This document shows, piece after piece, positions 1 through 9,629 of a stretch of DNA of 64,000 nt. Made by a program: the position numbers and the translations under genes. The notes below the pieces were generated by a model that did no database searches, had not been told where the DNA came from, and was given only the letters and a program-made list of their open reading frames with translations. Source of the DNA: a virus; the IMG/VR virus record IMGVR_UViG_3300005529_000024, positions 96,001-160,000 of that record; one strand, written 5' to 3'. How positions within the stretch are numbered: position 1 is the stretch's first letter; each line of letters opens with the position of its first letter.

Positions 1-1
1 T

Positions 2-379
2 AAACCATTTGTCTTCAATCTGGATGCTGCCAAGAATTATAAGCACGTTATCTTGACTGAGGGTGTTATATCATCGATAGTCACTGGTCCTGATGCAGTC
101 GCTATCCTTGGTAAAGAAATATTACCAGAGCAGGTTGATAAAATTTTAGCTTGCAATTTTGAGGAGATTACTGTAGCATTAGATCCAGATGCGACTAAGT
201 ATGCTGACAAGATTGCTGATTTATTCTATAATACTGGTAAAAAAGTATCACGTATCATCTACCCAGATAAAAAGCGAGATCCAGCAGAATTGGGGCGTGA
301 GTATATGCGTCAACTTATTAATAACCGTTTGGGGCATAAATCCTATGAATATATGGCCGCAATAATAAGCCGCCTTTAA
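2..379 (+). CDS. DNA primase, C-terminal TOPRIM part (5' truncated by window edge)
   Basis: Frame open from position 2 (KPFVFNLD...HVILTEGVIS...VALDPDA); EG and DxD TOPRIM motifs. Confidence 0.8.
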   Translation, partial: KPFVFNLDAAKNYKHVILTEGVISSIVTGPDAVAILGKEILPEQVDKILACNFEEITVALDPDATKYADKIADLFYNTGKKVSRIIYPDKKRDPAELGREYMRQLINNRLGHKSYEYMAAIISRL

Positions 380-386
380 AAAGTTC

Positions 387-415
387 TTGACAAATTGCAA
401 TGTTAGTTGTATAAT
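387..415 (+). promoter_or_regulatory. sigma70-type promoter
   Basis: TTGACA-N17-TATAAT in intergenic gap. Confidence 0.85.
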
Positions 416-443
416 TTAGTCAACACTAAAGGGAGAAACGCTT

Positions 444-725
444 ATGATTAAGCGTCAGCAGTATTTCAGAATCGGCAAGTATGCAGAACATATTCACAAG
501 GGGTTTCTTACCGTGCCGGATCTTTTGACCGATGTTGACTTTATTGCTCTTGATAACGTAACAAAAGCTCAATTGCTCTCCATTTGGATGCTTTTATCCA
601 GCAAAAATAATGACTTCGAGAAACTTCCTTACGACAGTATCACGGTCAAAAAGCTTATCTCTTCTAACCGAAAGGTTAATTTGAGAAAGCTTCTTGATCG
701 TGGTTTTATTTCTCTAATTAAGTAG
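444..725 (+). CDS. hypothetical protein (possible winged helix)
   Basis: ORF with GGAG RBS downstream of promoter. Confidence 0.55.
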   Translation: MIKRQQYFRIGKYAEHIHKGFLTVPDLLTDVDFIALDNVTKAQLLSIWMLLSSKNNDFEKLPYDSITVKKLISSNRKVNLRKLLDRGFISLIK

Positions 726-742
726 ATTGGCTTAGGAATAGA

Positions 743-1474
743 ATGGATCAGCAAGAGGTTCGATTTAACGAAGCTTTGAATAAGTTTCGTGGCTTTTTTC
801 GGTTTCTTGGTCGTAAATATGAAATTATTCCTGCACTTGAACGTGAAGATATTGAGCAAATTTGTGCAGAGAAGTTATTCAAGATTGTATCTGAGTGCGA
901 TTGGGATATAAACTCCATTGCATTTACAGCTTACGTTAAAGACTCAGCTAAAAATGTGGTTTTCAGTGCGATGAGATATCACTCTTCATATAAGCGGTCA
1001 CACAATAAAGAGGTACATGATATCACAGAATCGCGTGGTAATAATGACGAGCCGAGTACTATATCTGTGTTCGACATTCTGTCAGATAAGGCTCAAGAGA
1101 ATCCTGAAAATATAACCACATATGAGGATTTAAAAGAGAAGATCTGTTCTGTGTTAACAGAGGAAGAGAGATCATTATTTTATGAGATCGATCAATCAGA
1201 TACTTCTCGTGCTTGGTCATTGCTGAGTACTAAATATGCCAATAGCTGGCCCCGTCCTACTAACGCTATTTATGCTGAAGCTCTTGGAATTACACTTGGT
1301 CATTTAAAGTCAATTAAAAAGTCAATGAGAAACAAAATTATGGCGTTGTTTTTATCCTGTCCTTATTGTGGCTCTAATAATATCGCTAAATATAAACGAC
1401 AGGATGATAAATGGTTATATGCCTGTGCTAACAAATCTTGTGAAGATAAAGTTTTTACCCCATTATTTTTATAG
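743..1474 (+). CDS. RNA polymerase sigma factor-like protein with C-terminal Zn ribbon
   Basis: Region 2-like EREDIEQ..LFK..D...FTAYV...N; region 4-like AEALGITLGHLKSIKK; CPYC...CANKSC. Confidence 0.65.
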   Translation: MDQQEVRFNEALNKFRGFFRFLGRKYEIIPALEREDIEQICAEKLFKIVSECDWDINSIAFTAYVKDSAKNVVFSAMRYHSSYKRSHNKEVHDITESRGNNDEPSTISVFDILSDKAQENPENITTYEDLKEKICSVLTEEERSLFYEIDQSDTSRAWSLLSTKYANSWPRPTNAIYAEALGITLGHLKSIKKSMRNKIMALFLSCPYCGSNNIAKYKRQDDKWLYACANKSCEDKVFTPLFL

Positions 1475-1482
1475 GAGTATTG

Positions 1483-1887
1483 ATGTATTATCGTAAGGCT
1501 CATAAGGATAAGAAAACCAACAAATGGCTTTATTGTGAAACATACCGTGAACCAGGTGCTACCAAATCGCGTTACCCAATAGGCTATTGTGCGGATCATT
1601 CTAATGATGGGCACGATACAAAATTAGATGCAGAGAAGTGCTGGCATAACTATCTTGTAGATCTGTATACTATTAACTCGTTTCCTTCTTTGAAAGATTG
1701 TTTAATTTGCAAGGAAATTTATTCAATAAAAAGAGTGGCTGAACGTGCAATATCTTTCGCAGGTTATGTTTTTCCAATCTGCGCCGAGCACATGACAAAG
1801 GAGTATGTTTCCAAGCACATAATCCTATTCTGTCCTAATATTATTGAATTGTCTTATTTATCTAGGAGTCCACAGGCTATTAAATAG
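1483..1887 (+). CDS. hypothetical Cys/His-rich protein
   Basis: AGGAG RBS; CxxH and CxxC pairs. Confidence 0.55.
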   Translation: MYYRKAHKDKKTNKWLYCETYREPGATKSRYPIGYCADHSNDGHDTKLDAEKCWHNYLVDLYTINSFPSLKDCLICKEIYSIKRVAERAISFAGYVFPICAEHMTKEYVSKHIILFCPNIIELSYLSRSPQAIK

Positions 1888-2049
1888 CAGGAGGCAAAAT
1901 GACACAGGAAGAGAAAGATTTTTTGACAAGGCTTGCTACTGTTATAGAGAATGTAGAGAGCTTAAAGCTGCGTGTCAGCAATATTCGCTCAGAATTGGAC
2001 GAACTCAAGGTCTTTTTTGAGACGGCAAAACAAAGGCTAGGAGTTGACA

Positions 2050-2646
2050 ATGAAGATAAATGAGTATCTCAAAGAAAAGGAAAAAAACTTTGTAAACGTA
2101 TTGCCGAAGACTTTTACTCGTGACTTAGAGGGTAATGATGTTGTGCAGAGTGGATATTTGATTCCTTTCGATGATTATTTTGTCATTGTAAAGCTACCTG
2201 AGTTTGAAACTGATGAATCAATCACAGAGTTTGCTTTCCCCTATAGTAACATCTGTAATCTATCTATTGCTCCCGATTGTCCCTGTCCTAATTGTATACG
2301 CGATGATGCGGAGTTCGAAGAATTCTACTTGACATATAATAAGTCTAGGCGCACATTCAAACAATATTGTGAATCTCTTCAGACTTCTTATGTTGGGTTG
2401 ATGACTACTGATCTTCATGTTAGTACTGAAGGTAAGCCATATGTCTATATTGGTACTCTAATCGTTCATGAAGATTTTGTGGTTTTCAGAAATATCGCTG
2501 GCGAGGAAAAGTTGTATCCATTCGAATCTATTTTGTCGATTACCCCGATTAAATATGATTTAATTCGTGACAGGATTGAGTTTTTTGAGAAGCGATCAGC
2601 TACACAACCCGATATACAATCATATGGAGAGAACAATGCCGATTAA
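2050..2646 (+). CDS. hypothetical protein with two related beta-rich (possibly Sm-like) domains
   Basis: Internal repeat (GYLIPFDDYFVIV / GTLIVHEDFVVF); similar to ORF 27019. Confidence 0.55.
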   Translation: MKINEYLKEKEKNFVNVLPKTFTRDLEGNDVVQSGYLIPFDDYFVIVKLPEFETDESITEFAFPYSNICNLSIAPDCPCPNCIRDDAEFEEFYLTYNKSRRTFKQYCESLQTSYVGLMTTDLHVSTEGKPYVYIGTLIVHEDFVVFRNIAGEEKLYPFESILSITPIKYDLIRDRIEFFEKRSATQPDIQSYGENNAD

Positions 2647-3820
2647 ACAAGAAATCACAAGTGGTAGAGTTCCCGTAAAAATATGGACAGATGCTGTTGA
2701 ATCTGAGGCTTACGGACAGCTTAAGAATGTGGCTAATCTACCGTTCGTCTTCCATCACGTGGCTGTGATGCCAGATTGCCATGTTGGGAAGGGCGCTGTA
2801 GTTGGATCTGTTGTCCCTACGGAAAATGCTATCTGTCCGGCTACTGTTGGTGTCGATATCGGTTGCGGGATGATTGCAGCGAAACTTGTTGGATTGTCAG
2901 CTAAAGATTTCTCTGATGATAAAGTTCTGCGTGAGATTCGTTTAGAGATTGAGAAGAATGTTCCTGTAGGATTTGACCGTCATGATAAGGCGAGCCAAGC
3001 TGCATGGAATTGGGATGGATGGAGAACTTTTTCTACCCTCACTGAAGGTGTTCAAGATCTTAAAGATAAAGCTATGAAGCAGTTAGGGACTCTTGGTGGA
3101 GGAAACCATTTTATTGAACTGTGCCTTGATCGTAATAATGATGCATGGGTTGTTCTCCATTCTGGATCTCGCAATATCGGTAAATCAGTTACTGAGGTGC
3201 ATATCAATAAGGCAAAGGGACTTATACAGGAGTTAGCAATCCATCTTCCTGATAAAGATCTTGCTTATTTTACAAGTGGTACGCCCGAATTTTCTGCCTA
3301 TTTGAACGATCTGTTTTGGGCACAGAATTATGCGCTGATGAACCGTGAGCTTATGCTGAAGAGCGTTTTATCATCGTTGGTTTCTGCGTTGCATCTTCCT
3401 TATCTCTATTTGGAGAACCGCATCAATTGTCACCATAATTATGTGGCTACGGAAGAGCATTTCGGTAAGTCTATCCTAATTACACGCAAAGGAGCTATTC
3501 GGGCTAAAGCTGGAGATCTGGGAGTTATTCCTGGATCGATGGGCACTAAATCTTATATCGTTAAGGGATTAGGTAATCCTGAATCGTTCGATTCTTGTTC
3601 CCATGGTGCTGGTCGTAGGATGAGCCGTGGCGCTGCAAAGAAAGTGTTTACTGTTCAAGACTTGGAAGCACAGACGGCTGGTGTCGAATGCCGAAAGGAT
3701 TCTGGAGTGATCGATGAGATTCCTGGTGCTTACAAGGATATCGATGAGGTCATGACTAATCAAGCTGATCTTGTTGAGGTTTGTTACGAGTTGAAGCAGT
3801 TTCTGTGCGTAAAGGGTTAA
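2636..3820 (+). CDS. rtcB: RtcB family RNA 2',3'-cyclic phosphate/5'-OH ligase
   Basis: MPDCHVG, VGVDIGCG, GTLGGGNHFIE, HSGSR, HHNY, RKGA, PGSMG, SHGAGR, DEIPGAYK; ATG 2636 has GGAG RBS. Confidence 0.96.
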   Translation: MPIKQEITSGRVPVKIWTDAVESEAYGQLKNVANLPFVFHHVAVMPDCHVGKGAVVGSVVPTENAICPATVGVDIGCGMIAAKLVGLSAKDFSDDKVLREIRLEIEKNVPVGFDRHDKASQAAWNWDGWRTFSTLTEGVQDLKDKAMKQLGTLGGGNHFIELCLDRNNDAWVVLHSGSRNIGKSVTEVHINKAKGLIQELAIHLPDKDLAYFTSGTPEFSAYLNDLFWAQNYALMNRELMLKSVLSSLVSALHLPYLYLENRINCHHNYVATEEHFGKSILITRKGAIRAKAGDLGVIPGSMGTKSYIVKGLGNPESFDSCSHGAGRRMSRGAAKKVFTVQDLEAQTAGVECRKDSGVIDEIPGAYKDIDEVMTNQADLVEVCYELKQFLCVKG

Positions 3821-4013
3821 TTGTGCGTTGCGATGGTAGAAATCATAATCTGACTGCCATATACCATGACTCTGTTGGATATGACTGTGTTCATGTTGTG
3901 CGCTGGTGTACTAGATGTGGCGCTGTAGTTATCGATCTTGATACAGATGGTAGGGTTGATCCTGGCGCTATTGCAAAGATGTTATTCCCTTCGGATATTT
4001 ATGGAGGTGAAAA

Positions 4014-4220
4014 ATGAGCCTTAAAGATCTTATTACTTCCCTCGAAATTCTCTCGAAGTATATGATAGATGAGCTTGAATCAAAAAAGTCTGTCTATCCT
4101 GTGGAGGGCATTATATACGTTTTTATTAACACTCCTATTGATAAAAACGATGATTATTACAAGCTTGTAAACTCAGAATGGGCTAACGTTGACACGTTCT
4201 GTTGGATGATTGAGCTATGA
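4014..4220 (+). CDS. hypothetical protein
   Basis: GGAGG RBS, operon context. Confidence 0.5.
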   Translation: MSLKDLITSLEILSKYMIDELESKKSVYPVEGIIYVFINTPIDKNDDYYKLVNSEWANVDTFCWMIEL

Positions 4221-4510
4221 AGACACATTGGTTATATGGTTTCGGGCCAAACAAGGAAGTCAAACTCAACGTTGAGATTGATGAAGAAACAAAATGTTCA
4301 GACTGCATTCACGTTCAAGTTTGTGATTTTAATATGCGCTGGCGTTGTTCTAACTATACGTTTGGTACTTCCGAGTATTCCCTCAGTAGTTGCCAATCCT
4401 GCATAAATAGATTTACCAGGTTTGATAAGGATAAGGTCCCTTGCTTTGTCTGTCCATTTTTTGTTAAGCGGCCAGATGATTTTAAGCTAATAGAGATTAA
4501 AAGAGATTAA
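4217..4510 (+). CDS. hypothetical Cys-rich protein
   Basis: ATGA overlap; several CxxC. Confidence 0.5.
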   Translation: MKTHWLYGFGPNKEVKLNVEIDEETKCSDCIHVQVCDFNMRWRCSNYTFGTSEYSLSSCQSCINRFTRFDKDKVPCFVCPFFVKRPDDFKLIEIKRD

Positions 4511-4529
4511 GTAATAAGAAAGGATTTGT

Positions 4530-4751
4530 ATGGAAACAGATGGTTTTACATTCCAGAATTTAAGAACAAAAGAAACTCTTCCTTTGGATAAATTTGGTCC
4601 AATGAAGGAAGAATTCTGGAACAAGCTCGTTACAGCTATGAAAATGATGTATGCGCTTAATGTGCCTTTTAAGGTTGAGTTTCAAGGCACGAAAGATCCA
4701 GATTTTGATTCAAGTGATTTCGATCCATATTCCGAGATAGAGGAATTTTAA
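4530..4751 (+). CDS. hypothetical protein
   Basis: AAGGA RBS; stop overlaps polymerase start. Confidence 0.5.
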   Translation: METDGFTFQNLRTKETLPLDKFGPMKEEFWNKLVTAMKMMYALNVPFKVEFQGTKDPDFDSSDFDPYSEIEEF

Positions 4752-7561
4752 TGAGTTCTGGTGATTTTGATCTCTTATCCAAAATATCGGATAGGGATGA
4801 TTTTGCTAAGTATAAGCATGATCAGTTTAACAAGGGTCGTGACTTTAGCGATATCCTACGAACGTATACAAGTAAATGTCATTCTTGTGATCTATGCTTT
4901 GGCGCAAAGAATATCAAACTAGATTATCGTGGCGCATCAAACCCGAAAATTCTGATAGTGGGTGACGCTCCAGGTGCTACCGAGAACGAGCGTGGTGTTT
5001 CCTTCGTTGGTACAACAAGTGATCTCCTCGTTCGTTCATTGGGTGAAGCCGGGATAGCTTCTGCTGAGGTTGCTTTTACCAATTTGGTTCGTTGTATCCC
5101 TTGGGCACAGGATCATAAGAGCAACAGACAACCAACAGAATCTGAAATAAATGCTTGCATCGGATATCTCTATGAGGAGATAAAACTTTTAGATCCTAAA
5201 GTCATAGTCACGTTAGGCAATACCGCATATACAGCATTAACAAAAGATGCTTCCCCACTTATAATTGTTAGAGGGAATAAGCGAGAGATAACCGTAGACG
5301 GAAGAGCATATCCTCTGATACCGACTTATCATCCATCGTATATCTTTCGTGGTGGTGCTAAGGTAGCCGATCTTATTGCTGATCTTCGCATTGTGGCGAA
5401 TATGTTTGATCAGCGAACCAAAGACTATGCTTTCTTTAATACGGTCGAAGAACTGGAATCCTATGTAGATCTTGTAATAGAGGAACATAAGCAGAATAAG
5501 CTCTACGCTGGTTTTATTTCGTGCGACCTTGAATGGAAGGGAGCGAAAGATGATAGCTTCAATGCCTTTAAGAAAGAATGCATCATATCATCTATCCAGC
5601 TTTGCCATGCTCCTTATTTTGGCCGCGTCATTCTCTGGGATCATGAGCAGTCTAACTTTAAGGATGAGTTAAGTAAATCCCGTATTCGCGCTGCTTTACA
5701 GAGATTATTCGATACTGTTCCAGTAGGGAACCACAACATAAAAGCTGATTATAAGATGATGAAGTATCGCGTTGGTGTGGAAATGCGTCATGTTGTATTC
5801 TGCACCATGCTTTCACATCATTATCTTGTAGTAGACTCGGAACCTAACGATATCGAATATGTCGCTGGTAAGTATGCTGGTATGCCGAAGTGGGATCATC
5901 AGTCTGCTGGCTGGAAGAGCAAGATGGATCAATGCCCACTCGATATTCTCTTGGATTACGGCTGTTGCGACGTTGACGCAGTAATACGTGTTGCCCCCCT
6001 CATCAAAAAAGAACTTATCGATAAGGGCATGTACGATTCTTATATGCGCTTGAGTAATCGAGCGATTGTTCCTGTGGCCGATCTTGAAAGCAATGGTCTC
6101 CCTGTGGATTACCAGAAGCATAGAGAGTTGGTAGAAAAATATGAGAAAAAGTTTAATGAGTTCCTGGCTCAGATGCAGGAGTATGCTGAGGTTAAACAGA
6201 CAAGCGAATTATACGGCAAGTTTATGCCTAACTATTATCAGTGGCTTCATATTCTCTATTTTGATGTTCTAAAGTTACCTGGCTTCGAATGGAATAAGTC
6301 TAAGACTCTGTATTCCACAGATGTTGATACAAGAGAGAAATTACTTGAATATTGCAAGTCTAAAGGCGTTCTAGGCAAGGAGATGGTCATTGATAAGAAA
6401 GCTCTTGATCGTGTAGTTGATTTTGATCGTGCATTTGAGATTGTGAATCTAACACACGAATATAAGAAAATGCATGGGCTTCTTACAAAGTTTCTATATC
6501 CCTTATCGCTATATTTTTCTGATGACGGGAGTGTCCATCCAGGGTATAAAATCGCTGCTGCTCGAACCGCTAGAACTCTATCGGAAGATCCATCTGCACA
6601 TACGCTACCACCTCGAACGGATATTAAGGATATGTTTGTCTCCAGGTGGGCGACTTCTGGTGGTGTCATATTAAAGGGTGACGAATCACAGCTAGAGCTT
6701 AGAATTTTGGCTGTCTTGTCTAAAGATCCTGGTCTGAATGAAGCATTCAACGCTGGTAAAGACGTTCATAGATATGTGGCGTCTCGTGTCTTTAAATGTA
6801 AAGAAGCTGAAGTTACTAAGGATCAACGGCGTCTTTCTAAGGCAATCAGTTTTGGTATCGTCTTCCAGGGTGGTCCTGGTCTCATTGCGCTGACAACTGG
6901 ATTGACATTTGATGAAGCTAAAAAGCTGATTGATGACTTTTTCACGATGTTCCCTGCCGTTCAAGCCTTTATGCATGGATGTATCGAAACAGCACGAGAA
7001 ACAGGTATCGTAAAAATACCTATGGGTCGTTTCCGTCCTATTGATAATATGAACTCTCCGGATAATGCGAAACGAACTTATGCGGAACGTCAGTGTGGCA
7101 ATACTCCTATTCAGGGAGGTGCAGCTTTACTTGTTCTTGATTGTGCTCTGAACCTATATGAGGATGTTAAAAAATCGAATTTAAAGAGTAGATGGATTGA
7201 ATATACTCATGATTCTTCTGGCTATGATGTCTATCCAGGAGAACTTTTCCCGATCATGAAGAAGATTAAATTTCACATGCAGGAGAATGTTTCTCTGACT
7301 AATCCTTGGGTTACAGTCCCAATTTTAACAGATTTTGAACTTGGTGCCGATTGTGGGTTTATGCCTGGAATTGATAAGTTCCATATCGAAAATGATTACA
7401 ATGGCATCTTAGAGATCAAAGGCTTCCCAGAAAAAGTTCATAAGTTATTGGGAGAATTGGATGTTGTCTACAATTTAGATTATAAATTTAGTGAAAAAGA
7501 TAAAGAAGGTAACATAAAGGGTGAAGTAAAAATGGAAATGCGCGAAGAATGGATATCCTAA
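4751..7561 (+). CDS. polA: family A DNA polymerase with N-terminal family-4 uracil-DNA glycosylase-like domain and 3'-5' exonuclease
   Basis: UDG: CxxC, GDAPG, FVG, TNLVRC, TYHPS; exo: CDLE, HNIKAD, YGCCD; pol: DESQLELRILA, RLSKAISFG, HDS. Confidence 0.93.
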   Translation: MSSGDFDLLSKISDRDDFAKYKHDQFNKGRDFSDILRTYTSKCHSCDLCFGAKNIKLDYRGASNPKILIVGDAPGATENERGVSFVGTTSDLLVRSLGEAGIASAEVAFTNLVRCIPWAQDHKSNRQPTESEINACIGYLYEEIKLLDPKVIVTLGNTAYTALTKDASPLIIVRGNKREITVDGRAYPLIPTYHPSYIFRGGAKVADLIADLRIVANMFDQRTKDYAFFNTVEELESYVDLVIEEHKQNKLYAGFISCDLEWKGAKDDSFNAFKKECIISSIQLCHAPYFGRVILWDHEQSNFKDELSKSRIRAALQRLFDTVPVGNHNIKADYKMMKYRVGVEMRHVVFCTMLSHHYLVVDSEPNDIEYVAGKYAGMPKWDHQSAGWKSKMDQCPLDILLDYGCCDVDAVIRVAPLIKKELIDKGMYDSYMRLSNRAIVPVADLESNGLPVDYQKHRELVEKYEKKFNEFLAQMQEYAEVKQTSELYGKFMPNYYQWLHILYFDVLKLPGFEWNKSKTLYSTDVDTREKLLEYCKSKGVLGKEMVIDKKALDRVVDFDRAFEIVNLTHEYKKMHGLLTKFLYPLSLYFSDDGSVHPGYKIAAARTARTLSEDPSAHTLPPRTDIKDMFVSRWATSGGVILKGDESQLELRILAVLSKDPGLNEAFNAGKDVHRYVASRVFKCKEAEVTKDQRRLSKAISFGIVFQGGPGLIALTTGLTFDEAKKLIDDFFTMFPAVQAFMHGCIETARETGIVKIPMGRFRPIDNMNSPDNAKRTYAERQCGNTPIQGGAALLVLDCALNLYEDVKKSNLKSRWIEYTHDSSGYDVYPGELFPIMKKIKFHMQENVSLTNPWVTVPILTDFELGADCGFMPGIDKFHIENDYNGILEIKGFPEKVHKLLGELDVVYNLDYKFSEKDKEGNIKGEVKMEMREEWIS

Positions 7562-7580
7562 CTTCTAACTTTTCGCGTCT
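7557..7580 (+). promoter_or_regulatory. putative phage-specific promoter CCTA-N14-GCGTCT
   Basis: Same bipartite motif and spacing at six gene boundaries. Confidence 0.65.
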
Positions 7581-7606
7581 TGGAAGATAAACTAGGAGTG
7601 TGTAGA

Positions 7607-8056
7607 ATGCTTAATGATATTTTAGATTTTGTTAGACATGAGGTTGTTTCCAACCCAAGTATCTCAGATGTCTCTTCAAAGAATCTGCTGAGCTTTCTTG
7701 AGTTAATTAAGATCAACGAGTTTACCAAAGATAGCTTGAATGATGTTTTGCGGACACATTCTGAATTAGTCGTTGCCACTGGATGGATTTATGATCAATG
7801 GGTTGCACGAAGAGAGAAACTTCATGCTGATCTGTATAAGAGATTTAATGTTGAACTGAGGAATAGTAACTCAGGCAGAGTTACAGAAGCAGCTATCGAA
7901 GCTGAGATCATGTCAGAAACTTCTTACGTTGAGGCGTTTTTATTGTCGCGTTTATATGATCGTTTAAAAGATGCAGTCACTGTGCGTGGAAAAATGCTCG
8001 AACAGTTGTCTAATAATACTAGACAGGAAAATAGGGACTTAGAGAAAAATGCTTGA
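7607..8056 (+). CDS. putative recombination mediator (UvsY-like helical protein)
   Basis: RVTEAAIEAEI...Y pattern; upstream of SSB/RecA; AGGAG RBS before ATG 7607. Confidence 0.45.
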   Translation: MLNDILDFVRHEVVSNPSISDVSSKNLLSFLELIKINEFTKDSLNDVLRTHSELVVATGWIYDQWVARREKLHADLYKRFNVELRNSNSGRVTEAAIEAEIMSETSYVEAFLLSRLYDRLKDAVTVRGKMLEQLSNNTRQENRDLEKNA

Positions 8057-8603
8057 TATCTTAACACTTTTAAATTGTATTAGCGATGCTGACTTAAGGT
8101 CAAAGTATGTCAAGCTTTATATGGAGAATAAGCATTTATTCACAGAGTATCCGGCATCAACCAAATATCATCATAGCTGGAAATGTGGGCTGGATGAGCA
8201 TACAAAAGAGGTAATGAACCTTTGTGTTCAGTTTTTCAAGGTGTTCAATGCTGATATGCAGTCTAAAGGCATCACAGCCGATGACGCAATTATTTGTGGA
8301 TTCATTCATGATTTGGATAAGCTAGGTAAATATGCACCTAACAGTGTCCCTCCTGAATCCGCAAAGCAAGAGTTTGTATACAACAATAATAGATTGGATG
8401 CAAGCTCAGTAGGTAGGACAGTTAATATCTTGTCAAAATATGGCATTACTCTAACTGATGCCCAATTGAATGCGTTGACTTTTACTGAGGGTGGATGGAG
8501 TGTTGAATCTAAAGCAAGATCAAACTCAAAACCCGAACCACTGGCTGTCTTAGTACACATGGCCGATTTATATTCAACTTATTTTTGGGGCTATAAAAAA
8601 TAA
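8049..8603 (+). CDS. HD-domain phosphohydrolase (YhaM-like)
   Basis: PASTKYHH..GLDEHT, HDLDK, HMAD. Confidence 0.8.
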   Translation: MLDILTLLNCISDADLRSKYVKLYMENKHLFTEYPASTKYHHSWKCGLDEHTKEVMNLCVQFFKVFNADMQSKGITADDAIICGFIHDLDKLGKYAPNSVPPESAKQEFVYNNNRLDASSVGRTVNILSKYGITLTDAQLNALTFTEGGWSVESKARSNSKPEPLAVLVHMADLYSTYFWGYKK

Positions 8604-8614
8604 CGGAGGAAATA

Positions 8615-9619
8615 ATGGAAGAATTTACTATCGATATGAACAAAGCGAAGGCGAATGCTCAGGAAATTAAAAAGAGTGAAGAGGAGCGTTCACAAGGTAA
8701 GTCTGATACTCGTTGGTATTCCTTGACACAAGGCATGCACATTCTGAGGTTTATGCCGCCTTGGTCTCGTGAGATGGCCGCTGAAGCAAAATTTGATATC
8801 CCGGTTTATCAACATGGGAATATTCCAAATCATGACGATAAGTCAACATATAAATCCTGGACCTATACCTGTCCTACTTGGACATTCCCTGATCTTCGTG
8901 TTGAGTGTCCTATTTGTAAAATTATCGAGCAATTAAAACAGCAGTCTCCAGCGGATTTTAAGCGATTTGAGGCAAGGCCAAAATATCTCGCTAATGTTTT
9001 CCCGCGTCAAGCTGAAACAAAGACTGATCTAGCAAAAAAGGGATTCGCTCTTAATTCCGGATGGTGGTATCCAGTTAATTCCCTTATTTATGTTGTCGGT
9101 TATCCTCCTACTATTCATAATGCTCTGGCGAAACTATTGGATAATCCTGCCGTAGGTAATTTCCTATCGGCTAACGAGGGTGTTGATATTGTAATCACAC
9201 GTGGCCCTGAAGGATCTAATCCTCTGTATACAGTCACCAATGCTGCTCAAAGAAGCAAACTCCATGATGACCCTGTTACCGCTTCTGCGCTGTTAAATGG
9301 CATGTATGATATTAATAAGCTCAGCATTTTGAAGAAGCCGGATGATGCTTATCTTGAAAATCTTAAGAAGGCCGCTATTAAGCTTGCAGCTATCTATTCT
9401 CTTCCTGTAGCTAATCCTCCTGGTGGTCAGCATTCTGGTACTCAGCAACCTTCTACTCAACAGGCACCTCCACCTTTGTTTCCTCCAGCTTCAGCTACCA
9501 ATACAAAGAAGTGTCCTGATGGTCAAGACAGTTTCGGCAAGTACCGTAGTGCGGGTGTTTGTATGCCTTGCCCTTGGGAAATGGAATGCAAATCTATAAC
9601 TAACGCTAATAGGAAATAA
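8615..9619 (+). CDS. single-stranded DNA-binding protein (gp32-like)
   Basis: LRFMPP, H...TCP...CPIC Zn site, G.DIVITR...Y.V; position before RecA. Confidence 0.7.
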   Translation: MEEFTIDMNKAKANAQEIKKSEEERSQGKSDTRWYSLTQGMHILRFMPPWSREMAAEAKFDIPVYQHGNIPNHDDKSTYKSWTYTCPTWTFPDLRVECPICKIIEQLKQQSPADFKRFEARPKYLANVFPRQAETKTDLAKKGFALNSGWWYPVNSLIYVVGYPPTIHNALAKLLDNPAVGNFLSANEGVDIVITRGPEGSNPLYTVTNAAQRSKLHDDPVTASALLNGMYDINKLSILKKPDDAYLENLKKAAIKLAAIYSLPVANPPGGQHSGTQQPSTQQAPPPLFPPASATNTKKCPDGQDSFGKYRSAGVCMPCPWEMECKSITNANRK

Positions 9620-9629
9620 AGGGGCGACA

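Noticed and set aside
2567-2635. Upstream start of rtcB from the ORF track
   Set aside because: Overlaps the preceding gene; ATG 2636 has the RBS and gives a typical N-terminus.
8049-8603. DatZ / Z-base (diaminopurine) pathway
   Set aside because: The HD protein has YhaM-like motifs and no PurZ is visible in the window.
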